This document shows positions 47,818-56,963 of a stretch of DNA of 64,000 bases, piece after piece. Every line of letters starts with the position of its first letter. Within the stretch, counting starts at the first letter, position 1. The position numbers and the translations under genes are program-made. A model generated the notes under the pieces. The model was not told the origin of the DNA. It made no database searches and saw only the letters and a list, made by a program, of their open reading frames with translations. The stretch is from an uncultured Gammaproteobacteria bacterium (GTDB lineage: Bacteria > Patescibacteriota > Patescibacteriia > Magasanikbacterales > GWA2-37-8). Location of the stretch: contig CAZQUL010000001.1 of assembly GCA_964596525.1 (NCBI GenBank), positions 332,830 through 396,829 on the forward strand, given 5' to 3'.

Positions 47818-48786
47818 ATGGCTACCGTACCTCAACGTGCCAACAACCGGACGCCCGACGACGAAGCGGCGATTGCCGCTGATTTGGCGCAGGCGCGTCG
47901 TTCCGAAGAAAGTGTTTTTGACAGCAAAACTCCGGCTAATGATAACGCGCTTCCGGCAAATGCGTTCGATAATGATGTGCCAGCCAATGATAATGCCGTT
48001 GCGGCACCACGTTCCGGTTCTGCCGCCGCCGACTACCTTAATGAGCTCAACCGAACGCCCCGCGCTGCCAACGTACCGCTTGTTGCCAATGACAATGCCG
48101 CCCCCGTCGGTCTTTCCGCTGCTTACCAAGGCCCCACGTTCCAAGGCGAGGGAGACCCCTTGTTCTTCCCTACGCCCATCGACGGTGGAGACGGTGGATT
48201 GGACGCTGATGAAGACGAACAAGATGAAGAAAGTGGTTCAGGCCGTTCTTTCGACGAAGATGGCGAAGATGATGATGAAGATGAAATGATGGTACAAACC
48301 ACCGGGCCCTCACCCGAGAATTTCTTACCTGCCCTGCAGGAGGTGGAGCAGCGTCTACAAGACGCGCAGGAAGCTGGTGAACGTATTTCCAAACAACGTG
48401 ATAGTTATTACAATCGCACCGTAAAACCGCTTAAACGGGCTATGCTTCGTTCGGTCGCGATCGATACCGCACGCGCGCTGCGCAACTATACGGGGCTTGC
48501 GGTACCGACGTGGTGGTGGACCATAATCGGTGCTATAATAGATATCCTGGCGGTATTTCCGATAATCATCATTTTGTATTTTTCGGGCGCTGCCAAAGGG
48601 AAATTTACCCGCACCACGCTCAAAGATTACCGTTTCGCGCAGAATCGCCTTAAACAATTCGAAAAAAATAAAGCGCGGGCCGAAGAAGAAGTTATTGCTC
48701 TTGAGCAAGAACGGGCCGTGCTCATGGAGCAGATTATGATGCTGCAACAGCAACAACAACAGCAGCAGCAACTTCCACCCTCGTAA
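47818..48786 (+). CDS. Hypothetical membrane protein with acidic low-complexity N-terminus and polyQ tail
   Basis: ANDN repeats, D/E tract, hydrophobic segment, coiled coil, Q9. Confidence 0.8.
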   Translation: MATVPQRANNRTPDDEAAIAADLAQARRSEESVFDSKTPANDNALPANAFDNDVPANDNAVAAPRSGSAAADYLNELNRTPRAANVPLVANDNAAPVGLSAAYQGPTFQGEGDPLFFPTPIDGGDGGLDADEDEQDEESGSGRSFDEDGEDDDEDEMMVQTTGPSPENFLPALQEVEQRLQDAQEAGERISKQRDSYYNRTVKPLKRAMLRSVAIDTARALRNYTGLAVPTWWWTIIGAIIDILAVFPIIIILYFSGAAKGKFTRTTLKDYRFAQNRLKQFEKNKARAEEEVIALEQERAVLMEQIMMLQQQQQQQQQLPPS

Positions 48787-48827
48787 TCTTCATCTCTTTT
48801 AACGTAACTTAACGTAACTCGGTTACT

Positions 48828-50075
48828 ATGTCCGAAACCGTCAAACGCGTCCTCCTTATCGTTGGGCTTTTGGCCGTGGCCGGTCTCATTGGATATGGTA
48901 TTTACTATTTTGCCATCGTGCGCCCGAGCCAAGAGGACGTAGCGCCTGGCGAAGTGGTCACCCCCGGTACCGGCACTGGTTTGCCCACAGCACCGCGCCG
49001 CACCTCAACGGTTGATGTCGGCACACCCACCACACCTGTAACCCCTGGTACAGGCGGCACTACGGTTCCCACCACGCCTGGCGGTGCGTTTTATCAGCCC
49101 ACGCCGGTACGCCAGCTCGCTTCCACGACACCTAGCTTCCTCTCCATTACGCCAAGCGGCCGCGCCCGTTACCACGATCTTACTAACGGCAAGTTTTACC
49201 GCATTTTGCCCGATGGCAGCGTCCGCGCCCTCTCGGACAAAGAATTTTTCAATGTCCAAAGCGTCACCTGGGCTCCGTCAAGCGATAAGGCAGTCATTAC
49301 CTATCCGGATGGCTTCAAAACGCTCTATAATTTTGAAACTCAGCGCCAGGTAACCCTGCCAGAACACTGGACCGATTTTTCATTCTCCCCGGACGGTTCG
49401 CAAATCGCTGCCAAAAGTCTTGGACTCTCGCGTGAAAACCGCTGGCTTGTAACCTTTAACGATGATGGTACGGGCACGCAGCTTATCGAACCGCTCGGCG
49501 ATTTTGCCGATCGCGTTACCGTGAGTTGGTCCCCGAGCCGTCAGACCGTGGCTTTTTCGCAGACCGGCGAGCCGATCGGCTATGACCGTCGCCAGATTCT
49601 CCTCATTGGTCAACGCGGAGAGAATTTCAAGCCGCTCACGGTGGAAGGCCTTAACTTCCAACCGTCATGGTCGCCGACAGGGCGCAAACTGCTCTACAGC
49701 ATCGACAGTGTCCGCACCAACTTCAAACCAGAACTCTGGATCACCGATGCCTACGGCGATTCGATCGATAATAACCGTCAATCACTCAAGCTCAATACCT
49801 GGGCCAATAAATGCGCTTTTGGCGGCGACGATACTACGCTGTTTTGTGCAGTACCACGTGAATTGCCCGACGGGGCCGGTCTTTCACCCGAACTGGCCAT
49901 GGCTTCGGCTGACGATGTTTTCAAGATCGATCTCAAAACCGGTTCGCGCTCCGTTATCAATCTTGGTGAGCAGGACTATCGCATTGCGAACATCAACTTT
50001 GACCGCCAGAGCAATCGCCTTATCTTTACCGACGTGGGTTTTGGTGGCGTCTTTCAGGTGGGTTTGACCGAATAG
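48828..50075 (+). CDS. Membrane-anchored TolB-like beta-propeller protein
   Basis: N-terminal TM, P/T linker, repeated WAPS/FSPD/WSPS/WSPT. Confidence 0.85.
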   Translation: MSETVKRVLLIVGLLAVAGLIGYGIYYFAIVRPSQEDVAPGEVVTPGTGTGLPTAPRRTSTVDVGTPTTPVTPGTGGTTVPTTPGGAFYQPTPVRQLASTTPSFLSITPSGRARYHDLTNGKFYRILPDGSVRALSDKEFFNVQSVTWAPSSDKAVITYPDGFKTLYNFETQRQVTLPEHWTDFSFSPDGSQIAAKSLGLSRENRWLVTFNDDGTGTQLIEPLGDFADRVTVSWSPSRQTVAFSQTGEPIGYDRRQILLIGQRGENFKPLTVEGLNFQPSWSPTGRKLLYSIDSVRTNFKPELWITDAYGDSIDNNRQSLKLNTWANKCAFGGDDTTLFCAVPRELPDGAGLSPELAMASADDVFKIDLKTGSRSVINLGEQDYRIANINFDRQSNRLIFTDVGFGGVFQVGLTE

Positions 50076-50101
50076 CCTTCTTAGCCTAGCTCTTCGTTTT
50101 T

Positions 50102-50761
50102 ATGGAATTCTCTTCCGAACACAAACGTTTCTATATTGCCGGTGCGGTTTTAGTAGCGATTCTGCTTATTATTTTTTTACGTCAGATCGTACGCACGAGT
50201 TCCATTGCCGTAACTCGCACCGAAGAGCGTGTCGTTAGCGAAGCGACGTATCCTATTTCCTACCCGCGCGGCGAACCGGCGTTTGGCAATCCGGGCGCGC
50301 CGGTAACCGTGGCGGTTTTTGGGGATGCCCTTACCGATGACAGTCGCGAAGTGGTGCAAACCGTGCGCGAAGTGGTGCGACGCAATCCGCGAGCGCTGCG
50401 CCTCGTATGGAAAGATATGCCTAAAAAAGGCCTTTTTTCGGACCATATCGTAGCGCACGAAGCGCTCTACTGCGCGCAAAAGCAAGATCGTTTTTGGGAT
50501 ATGGCCGATGAAATTTACGCTCGCCAAGCCGTAAAACAGGAAGCGCTCACCACTATTGCGACCAACCTGGGGCTCAACGTAGAACAGTTCACCACCTGCT
50601 TGGCATTAACTGAAACGCATGATACGCTCAGGCTTCGGCGTCAGGCGGCCGATGATCTGGGTATTAGTCGCGTGCCGGAGATTTTCATCAACAACAAACG
50701 CATCACGCTTATGGATGGGCTGGATCTGAAGAGCATGCTCGAAGAAGTGATTGCGCCTTAA
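50102..50761 (+). CDS. DsbA/thioredoxin-fold protein lacking CxxC
   Basis: GNP.APVTV..F.D, WKDMP, A..CA..Q..FW, cis-Pro motif G...VP..FIN. Confidence 0.85.
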   Translation: MEFSSEHKRFYIAGAVLVAILLIIFLRQIVRTSSIAVTRTEERVVSEATYPISYPRGEPAFGNPGAPVTVAVFGDALTDDSREVVQTVREVVRRNPRALRLVWKDMPKKGLFSDHIVAHEALYCAQKQDRFWDMADEIYARQAVKQEALTTIATNLGLNVEQFTTCLALTETHDTLRLRRQAADDLGISRVPEIFINNKRITLMDGLDLKSMLEEVIAP

Positions 50762-50782
50762 TCTTTTTGTGTCTCGACGAGT

Positions 50783-52285
50783 ATGAGTACACGTACGCTA
50801 GTGGCTCGAATCCTTATCGCGCTCGGTGCAGTGGTTGGTGTCGCGGGTTTTTCTTCTGCTGTTGATGCGGCCGGGTGTTATTGCGTGGGAGAACAGAATC
50901 TTTGCATCACCGAAAATAACCAGTGCACCGAAAGTCCTTACGAGCGTTGTTTTAGTCAAACTGCAGGCGGGGAGCCGGTTACTAAAGCTGAAGACTGTGC
51001 TGATTTTAAGAAAAATGGTCTCAAGCAAACCTATCAGGCTAGCGGTTCTCCGGTGACAGTAGAGGCGCGATTCGATACCTGTACGTACAGCGTAAGCAAT
51101 GATTGTTCCGAAGCGCGGAAATCTGCCGACGATGCTGCTATTGCCGGAGAAGCTGATGCTGATGCGGAGAAGGAAAAAGAATTCGAAGACGAACAGGAAG
51201 AGGCTCGTGCCAATCAGGCCCAACAGCTTCAGATTCGCAAACCGGTGCTTAACATCCTCATCCCCAATCTCACGTTTAGTGATATTCGTACTAGTACGAT
51301 TGATGATGAAGGGTATGTGCAGATTCCGTGGATCGGCGAATATGTGGCTGCGCTCTACAGTTTGGCGGTATCCATCGCGAGCATTTTGGCTGTTATCCTT
51401 GTCATTCGCGAGGGTGTGCGCATCATTATGTCGGGCGGTGGAGACGGAAAAATCGAGGGTTACCGCAATATCGGCCGCATTGTTGCGGGTGTTATTCTGG
51501 CCTGGAGCTCGTATGTTATCCTCTACAACGTCAATGCTAATTTGGTGAGTTTCAAACCGCTCCAGGTGCGCTACGCTGAAGGCGGTCCGATCGTCGTTGA
51601 TGCGGCGGCTGAAGATGCGGTGGATAGCGTGGGCGGACGTAATTATACGGGCAGCGTCTTTGTTCCGCCTGGAAACGGTGAAAGCAATGTGCCGTACTAC
51701 GCGCAGTGGGAAGGTCCATGGGCCAAGAAAAAACCCGGTGATCCGGAATGGCCCCTTAGCCAGGCGCAGCAAGGGCGTACCGATTGTACGACGATTCAGC
51801 AGCGTGGCTGCGGTCCGACAAGTTTGGCGATGGTGATGAACTATTACGGTGAAAAAGTGACGCCGCTTGATACGGGCCGCTGGGGGTTGGGTTGTACTGG
51901 TGCTTGGCAACCATGGGATACGTATAAGACGTTCTCGGATAAATGGCCGAGCCTTAAGATGGAAATTCTCAAAGTGCGCAAGTCCGATAAAGTAGCGATC
52001 CGTCAGAAGGTGCTGCAGTATCTTTCGCAGGGTAAACCACTCGTTTATAACTGCGCTCCGTGCGCCGGCCTTAACCGCGAGAACAACCCGGGCCGCACCT
52101 ACCGCGGTCACTATATGGTACTTACCCATATCATTACCCAGGGCGATGTGCTTGGCATGGACCCGAGCCAAGTATACGTCGGCGTTAACGATCCGGGTGC
52201 TAATGAAAAAAATCGCATCCGCAAAATGTCGCTTAAAAATATCATTGATAACTACGTTATTGCCGTCTACGTGGATAAGCGCTAG
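50783..52285 (+). CDS. CPR pilin-like membrane protein fused to C39-like peptidase
   Basis: Signal, Cys-rich N-terminus, two-TM pilin-like segment ending ILYNVNANLV, then YYAQW, GCGPTSLAM, GHYMVL, VNDP. Confidence 0.82.
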   Translation: MSTRTLVARILIALGAVVGVAGFSSAVDAAGCYCVGEQNLCITENNQCTESPYERCFSQTAGGEPVTKAEDCADFKKNGLKQTYQASGSPVTVEARFDTCTYSVSNDCSEARKSADDAAIAGEADADAEKEKEFEDEQEEARANQAQQLQIRKPVLNILIPNLTFSDIRTSTIDDEGYVQIPWIGEYVAALYSLAVSIASILAVILVIREGVRIIMSGGGDGKIEGYRNIGRIVAGVILAWSSYVILYNVNANLVSFKPLQVRYAEGGPIVVDAAAEDAVDSVGGRNYTGSVFVPPGNGESNVPYYAQWEGPWAKKKPGDPEWPLSQAQQGRTDCTTIQQRGCGPTSLAMVMNYYGEKVTPLDTGRWGLGCTGAWQPWDTYKTFSDKWPSLKMEILKVRKSDKVAIRQKVLQYLSQGKPLVYNCAPCAGLNRENNPGRTYRGHYMVLTHIITQGDVLGMDPSQVYVGVNDPGANEKNRIRKMSLKNIIDNYVIAVYVDKR

Positions 52286-52310
52286 AGTAGGATGAGCACG
52301 CTCATAACGT

Positions 52311-53654
52311 ATGGCAAACAAAAAAATAACTCCTCTTTTTGCCTGTACCAAATGCGGCGCCCAGTTCCAGAAATGGACTGGGCGCTGTTTGGAATGCGGC
52401 GCCTGGGGAACAGTAGAAGAAAGCGCGGCAGCATCTGGCACCGAACCGGTGGTGGCGCCCGGCGTAAAGAGTCTTGCAGTTACGCCGCTCTCTGCGGTAA
52501 CGAAAAGCGTAGTGGCGCGCCGTAGTACAAATGTGTCCGAACTGGACCGTGTGCTTGGGGGAGGTATCGTGCCGGGAAGCTTGATTCTTCTGGGGGGAAG
52601 TCCCGGTATTGGCAAATCCACTCTATCGCTCCAAATCGCGTTGTCTATCCCGGGGACGCTCTATGTATCGGGCGAGGAATCGGTAGAACAAGTGAAACTC
52701 CGTTCTGAACGCCTGGCATCCATACCCTCCGATGTGCGGCTCCTTGCGGCTACCGCTCTTGATCCGATTGTTGCAACCATCATCGAACACAAACCGCCGC
52801 TTGTTATTCTTGACTCCATTCAGACGGTAGCTACTGCCGACGTTGAAGGCGAAGCGGGGAGTGTAAGCCAGATCCGCGCTTCGACGGTGAAACTTCTCGA
52901 AGTTGCCAAAACACATCATATCCCGATCATCATCATCGGCCATGTTACCAAAGACGGCAGCGTGGCTGGTCCCAAAACACTCGAACACCTGGTTGATACC
53001 GTACTTTATTTCGAGGGCGACCGGCATCATGCGTATCGACTGCTGCGCGCTACCAAAAATCGCTTCGGCGCTACCGACGAAGTGGGTATGTTTGAAATGA
53101 ATGAAAATGGTCTGGCCGAAGTAAAAAATCCCTCTGCCGCCCTTCTTACTGAGCGTAACTTAGCGACCGCTGGAAGCGTATTAACGTGCCTTATGGAGGG
53201 TACACGACCGATGCTTGTCGAGGTGCAGGCGCTCGTGACGCGTACGGCATTCGGGTATCCGGTACGCAAAGCGAGCGGTTTTGACCTTAATCGCCTGCAC
53301 GTGCTTCTTGCTGTGCTCCAAAAACGCGCCGGACTGCCGCTTGAGCAATACGACGTACACGTTAATATCGTCGGTGGCCTTGAAGCCGATGAGCCGGCGG
53401 CGGATTTGGCGGTGGCGCTTGCGGTGGCGAGCAGTTATAAGGATAAAGTACTGGGTAATGATTTGGCAGCGTTCGGGGAAATCGGTTTGGGCGGCGAAAT
53501 CCGGCCTGTAGCGCAAACCGACAAACGGCTTAAAGAATGCGAACATCTGGGGCTCAAGCGCGTGCTTTTACCCGGCGCGAAGCTAGAACTCAAGAAAGGT
53601 CCGCTCCAGCTCGTCACGATCGGGAATTTAAACGAGATTATCAAGCATACATAA
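52311..53654 (+). CDS. radA: DNA repair protein RadA/Sms
   Basis: C4 zinc finger, GSPGIGKS, KNRFG, GEIGLGGEIR. Confidence 0.97.
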   Translation: MANKKITPLFACTKCGAQFQKWTGRCLECGAWGTVEESAAASGTEPVVAPGVKSLAVTPLSAVTKSVVARRSTNVSELDRVLGGGIVPGSLILLGGSPGIGKSTLSLQIALSIPGTLYVSGEESVEQVKLRSERLASIPSDVRLLAATALDPIVATIIEHKPPLVILDSIQTVATADVEGEAGSVSQIRASTVKLLEVAKTHHIPIIIIGHVTKDGSVAGPKTLEHLVDTVLYFEGDRHHAYRLLRATKNRFGATDEVGMFEMNENGLAEVKNPSAALLTERNLATAGSVLTCLMEGTRPMLVEVQALVTRTAFGYPVRKASGFDLNRLHVLLAVLQKRAGLPLEQYDVHVNIVGGLEADEPAADLAVALAVASSYKDKVLGNDLAAFGEIGLGGEIRPVAQTDKRLKECEHLGLKRVLLPGAKLELKKGPLQLVTIGNLNEIIKHT

Positions 53655-53703
53655 ATTTCGCCCTATAAGAATTTTAAAAAGCCCGTAAGGGCTTTTTGGC
53701 TTT

Positions 53704-54684
53704 TTATCCGACGAGGGAGCGCAGGAGGCGGTTCGCGTTCCGCCAGAGAATCTTTTCGATGACGGGAGTAGCGAAACCGATCTCGCCGAGCATGTCGGCG
53801 ATAGCAATCAGGCGGTCCGGCCGATTGAAACGAGGTGAAATGCTGGGCGTTCGGGCCCTAAAGTTTCCGCTACGATCCACGGTACGGCGTAGCCGTTCGA
53901 TGAGCGCGGCGTCATCTGCTGGATCGATGTACTTATAGGTGGCGTCGCTGCCGAGCGCGACATGGTCTTCGCCGGCGATCGAGACAGCGTGCTGGATGTG
54001 GCGCAGGAAGTGAATGCTGCTGTTATCCCGATCGTGGAGCATGAACGTGGCGAGCGGAATGCCGATAACGCCGCCCTGTTCAGCCACGCTTCGGATGAGA
54101 TTGTCTGGTGCGTTACGGCCATGGGCATGCACCGTGAAGCAGGCTGAGTGGGAGATGACGAGCGGTAGGGGCAGACGTTCCCGGATGGTAAAGCGGATAC
54201 TTTCGTAAGAACTCCTTACTCCCATGTGTGACAGGTCGAGGCCGATGTTGGCTGCGGAAAGGTAGCGCAAGGTTCTTTTGCCGGCTTCGGTGAGCGGACC
54301 ATCGCTCGCGAAACCGCCGGCAAACGGAGTGTCCTGTTCGTAGGCAAGCGTGGTGAGATGGATGCCGGCGCGCTTGAGCATCTGCCAGTCTTTGGGTGTT
54401 GCGGCATCGAGTGGTGGATGCTGCAATCCGCCCACTACTTTGAGCCCAGTGTAGTCGAAATCTTCCGGTCGTTTGACCACTCGTCCGCCAGCGGTGTGCA
54501 CTGAGCGGACGAACCAGTTGTGCTCACCGAGGATTGCTTCGGTGAGTTTTGCGGTCGGTGGGCTTGTGGTAGCGTGACAAAGCGAAAGGCCGTACTCAGG
54601 AGCAAGCGCCGGTTTGGGCGGCTTGTCCATGAGTTCGGCGCGGGAGAACGGAAAGGCGAGAAGGTCGGCAAACTGTTCAGGCAT
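53704..54684 (-). CDS. Membrane (renal-type, M19) dipeptidase family protein
   Basis: DLSH, SHS, RN..D, GGVIG, HVALGSD, N..R; SD GAGG. Confidence 0.82.
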   Translation of the reverse strand: MPEQFADLLAFPFSRAELMDKPPKPALAPEYGLSLCHATTSPPTAKLTEAILGEHNWFVRSVHTAGGRVVKRPEDFDYTGLKVVGGLQHPPLDAATPKDWQMLKRAGIHLTTLAYEQDTPFAGGFASDGPLTEAGKRTLRYLSAANIGLDLSHMGVRSSYESIRFTIRERLPLPLVISHSACFTVHAHGRNAPDNLIRSVAEQGGVIGIPLATFMLHDRDNSSIHFLRHIQHAVSIAGEDHVALGSDATYKYIDPADDAALIERLRRTVDRSGNFRARTPSISPRFNRPDRLIAIADMLGEIGFATPVIEKILWRNANRLLRSLVG

Positions 54685-54864
54685 GGTTCCCTCGATGAAA
54701 GACCCGTGTAAAAGTATAAACTAATTTTTCCGCCTTCGCCACTCAGTTGTACACTCGTTTCCGTGAAAACTATGGATATGGAATGCACGGTGGTGTATAA
54801 TGGCGCCAGCAGGTTCCTGTTGCGCTTTCAACAATCTAGGGAAGAAGGGGGGTTTATTTTTTGT

Positions 54865-55917
54865 ATGCAGATTGATCGTTTGCTCCGTCAACGTAACTAC
54901 GCGGCATGGCAGGTCCGCGCCGACGATTTCCCCGTATCGGGAACTGAAGAAGAGCGGTTATGTTTTTTACTTCGTTACGCGCTGCTCGCTCCTTCAAGTC
55001 ATAACAGTCAGCCGTGGCGGTTGAGCGTAGCTCCGCCTTTTATTACGTTCAAAATTGCGTCTGAACGCGCGCTCCCGGTTGTGGATCCACTCAACCGGTT
55101 GAGCACTATCGCTGTCGCGGCAGCAGCGGAGAATTGCCAGTTGGCGGCCGACTATTTCGGCTATGCGGCAACCGAAGAGCAGGTTTCATCTCATGAATGG
55201 CGTTTGGCCTGCACGTCTCGGGGGCCGATTATTTCCAATCCCGACCATCTTTTTCATAGCATTACTAAACGTCACTGCGAGCGCGGGCCCTACCGCATAC
55301 AGCGTCTTGCGGAGGATTTAAAGAAAGAAATGGCAGCATTGGTTACATCCGGAGTAAAAATTACGTTCGTTGAAGATGCTTCTGAGCGTTTGTGCGTTAC
55401 CCGTATCGTACTTGATGCTCGCGACGAACTTATGGACGAGCGTTCGTTTCGCGATGAATTGGCAGCGTACAAACGTCATAACCTGACGCGTGACGGGGTA
55501 GGCATGCCCGGATTTACGATGGGTTTTTCTACGGCGCTTTCGTTTATCACGCCGTTCGTTATCCGGCGGCGCAACGTGGCGCGTATGACGAGACAGAAAG
55601 ATGAAGACCTGATGAATGTGGCAACACCGGCCTTTGTAGTGCTTAGCACGTCCGAGAACACACCGGCCGCCTGGTGGGAGGTTGGGAAGGTGCTTGAGCG
55701 TGCGCTCTTGGCTGCGACGCGTAGAGGTTATGCGGCTAATATTATGGCTTCGCCCATCGATCGCGATGAGTGGGCAGTCAAGCTCGGAGAAGTAATAGGA
55801 CTTACCAGCAATGAGCGGCCACAGATGTTTTTCCGTCTCGGCCAACCCGTGGCTGCCACCCACTACCCGAGCCCTCGCCTGGCACTTCCCGATGTGTGTG
55901 AAAACGCGCGCGTATGA
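54865..55917 (+). CDS. Acg/TyzC-like nitroreductase-fold flavoprotein
   Basis: LAPSSHNSQPW, DP..R, I.KRH..R, G..LER..L.AT, PQ.FFRLG, SPR. Confidence 0.88.
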   Translation: MQIDRLLRQRNYAAWQVRADDFPVSGTEEERLCFLLRYALLAPSSHNSQPWRLSVAPPFITFKIASERALPVVDPLNRLSTIAVAAAAENCQLAADYFGYAATEEQVSSHEWRLACTSRGPIISNPDHLFHSITKRHCERGPYRIQRLAEDLKKEMAALVTSGVKITFVEDASERLCVTRIVLDARDELMDERSFRDELAAYKRHNLTRDGVGMPGFTMGFSTALSFITPFVIRRRNVARMTRQKDEDLMNVATPAFVVLSTSENTPAAWWEVGKVLERALLAATRRGYAANIMASPIDRDEWAVKLGEVIGLTSNERPQMFFRLGQPVAATHYPSPRLALPDVCENARV

Positions 55918-56957
55918 CCGCTCATTTTTGGCAGATGCTTCCGGAGTATGACGGACATGCTCGCGTCATACCTGTCGTAGATGACCATCAGACATGTATC
56001 GGTTTTATCGCTATCTATAACGAAAGGCCTGGTTTTCCATCGCTTGGCGCGACGCGCTGGTGGACCTATTCTTCGCAAGAAGAAGCGTGTGCCGATGCAC
56101 TCCGGCTTGCCAAACTCATGGCGTATAAAGCCGCAGGTGCCGAATTACCTTATGGTGGCGCCAAAGGCGTTATTTTTGCTTCGTCTCAGGGGGATAGTCG
56201 GGCTGCCGTATTGAAAGCTTATGCCCGGGCAGTCGAAGAATTGTCCGGCGTTTTTGTGACCGGCACCGACGTGGGGCTTAGCGACGATGATCTGGAAATC
56301 ATGAAAACCGTTACGCGTCATATCATCGGCACGGGTGTGCCAAGCGGGTATTACACGGCGCTTGGCGTGATGTTCGCCATGCAAGAAACGCTTCAGAGTC
56401 TGTATCAGGATCCAGCGCTTACGGGCCGTACGATCGTTATCCAGGGTTTAGGTAAAACCGGTTTGGAACTGGCGCGCCTCGCGCGTTCGGCGGGGGCGCG
56501 CGTGGTGGTGACGGATATCAATCCGTTGGTCGTTGCTCGGGCACGCGAACTTATGCCTGAGCTGGATTTGTGTCAGCCGGGCGAAGAATATACTATTGCG
56601 TGCGATGTTTTTGCGCCCTGCGGCGTGAGCGGAGCTATTACACCTGCGAACGTGGATCATATTCCGTTTCGCTCCATTGTCGGCGCGGCGAATAATCAAC
56701 TCACCGATCCACGGCTTGCACAAACGTTGCATCGTCGCGGTATACGTTATATTCCCGATTATATCGTCAATGCCGGCGGGCTTTTGAGCGTTGTCGATGA
56801 GCTACAGTTCGGTTCATACGACGCGACGCGTGTTGCTGCAAGTGTCGATACACTCCGCGCGCGCGTCCGTTCATTGCTCGAAGAAAGCGCCCGGCGCCAA
56901 GTGCCGCCCTTAACCGTAGCCGACGAACGCGTGCGTGAGCGTTTGTCACTCTTATAA
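55914..56957 (+). CDS. Leu/Phe/Val (ELFV) amino-acid dehydrogenase
   Basis: GATR, MAYK, GGAKGV, GTDVG, QGLGKTG, GAANNQL, PDYIVNAGG. Confidence 0.92.
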   Translation: MTAHFWQMLPEYDGHARVIPVVDDHQTCIGFIAIYNERPGFPSLGATRWWTYSSQEEACADALRLAKLMAYKAAGAELPYGGAKGVIFASSQGDSRAAVLKAYARAVEELSGVFVTGTDVGLSDDDLEIMKTVTRHIIGTGVPSGYYTALGVMFAMQETLQSLYQDPALTGRTIVIQGLGKTGLELARLARSAGARVVVTDINPLVVARARELMPELDLCQPGEEYTIACDVFAPCGVSGAITPANVDHIPFRSIVGAANNQLTDPRLAQTLHRRGIRYIPDYIVNAGGLLSVVDELQFGSYDATRVAASVDTLRARVRSLLEESARRQVPPLTVADERVRERLSLL

Positions 56958-56963
56958 TCATCT

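Noticed and set aside
48745-48771. CAA/CAG tract as a contingency microsatellite
   Set aside because: Mixed codons, in frame and at the extreme C-terminus; length change would not switch expression.
50798-52621. 607-aa minus-strand ORF, and other long antisense ORFs (1799-3034, 42336-43463, 44963-46078, 15838-16920)
   Set aside because: These are shadows of well-supported plus-strand genes with biased codon usage and carry no recognisable motifs.
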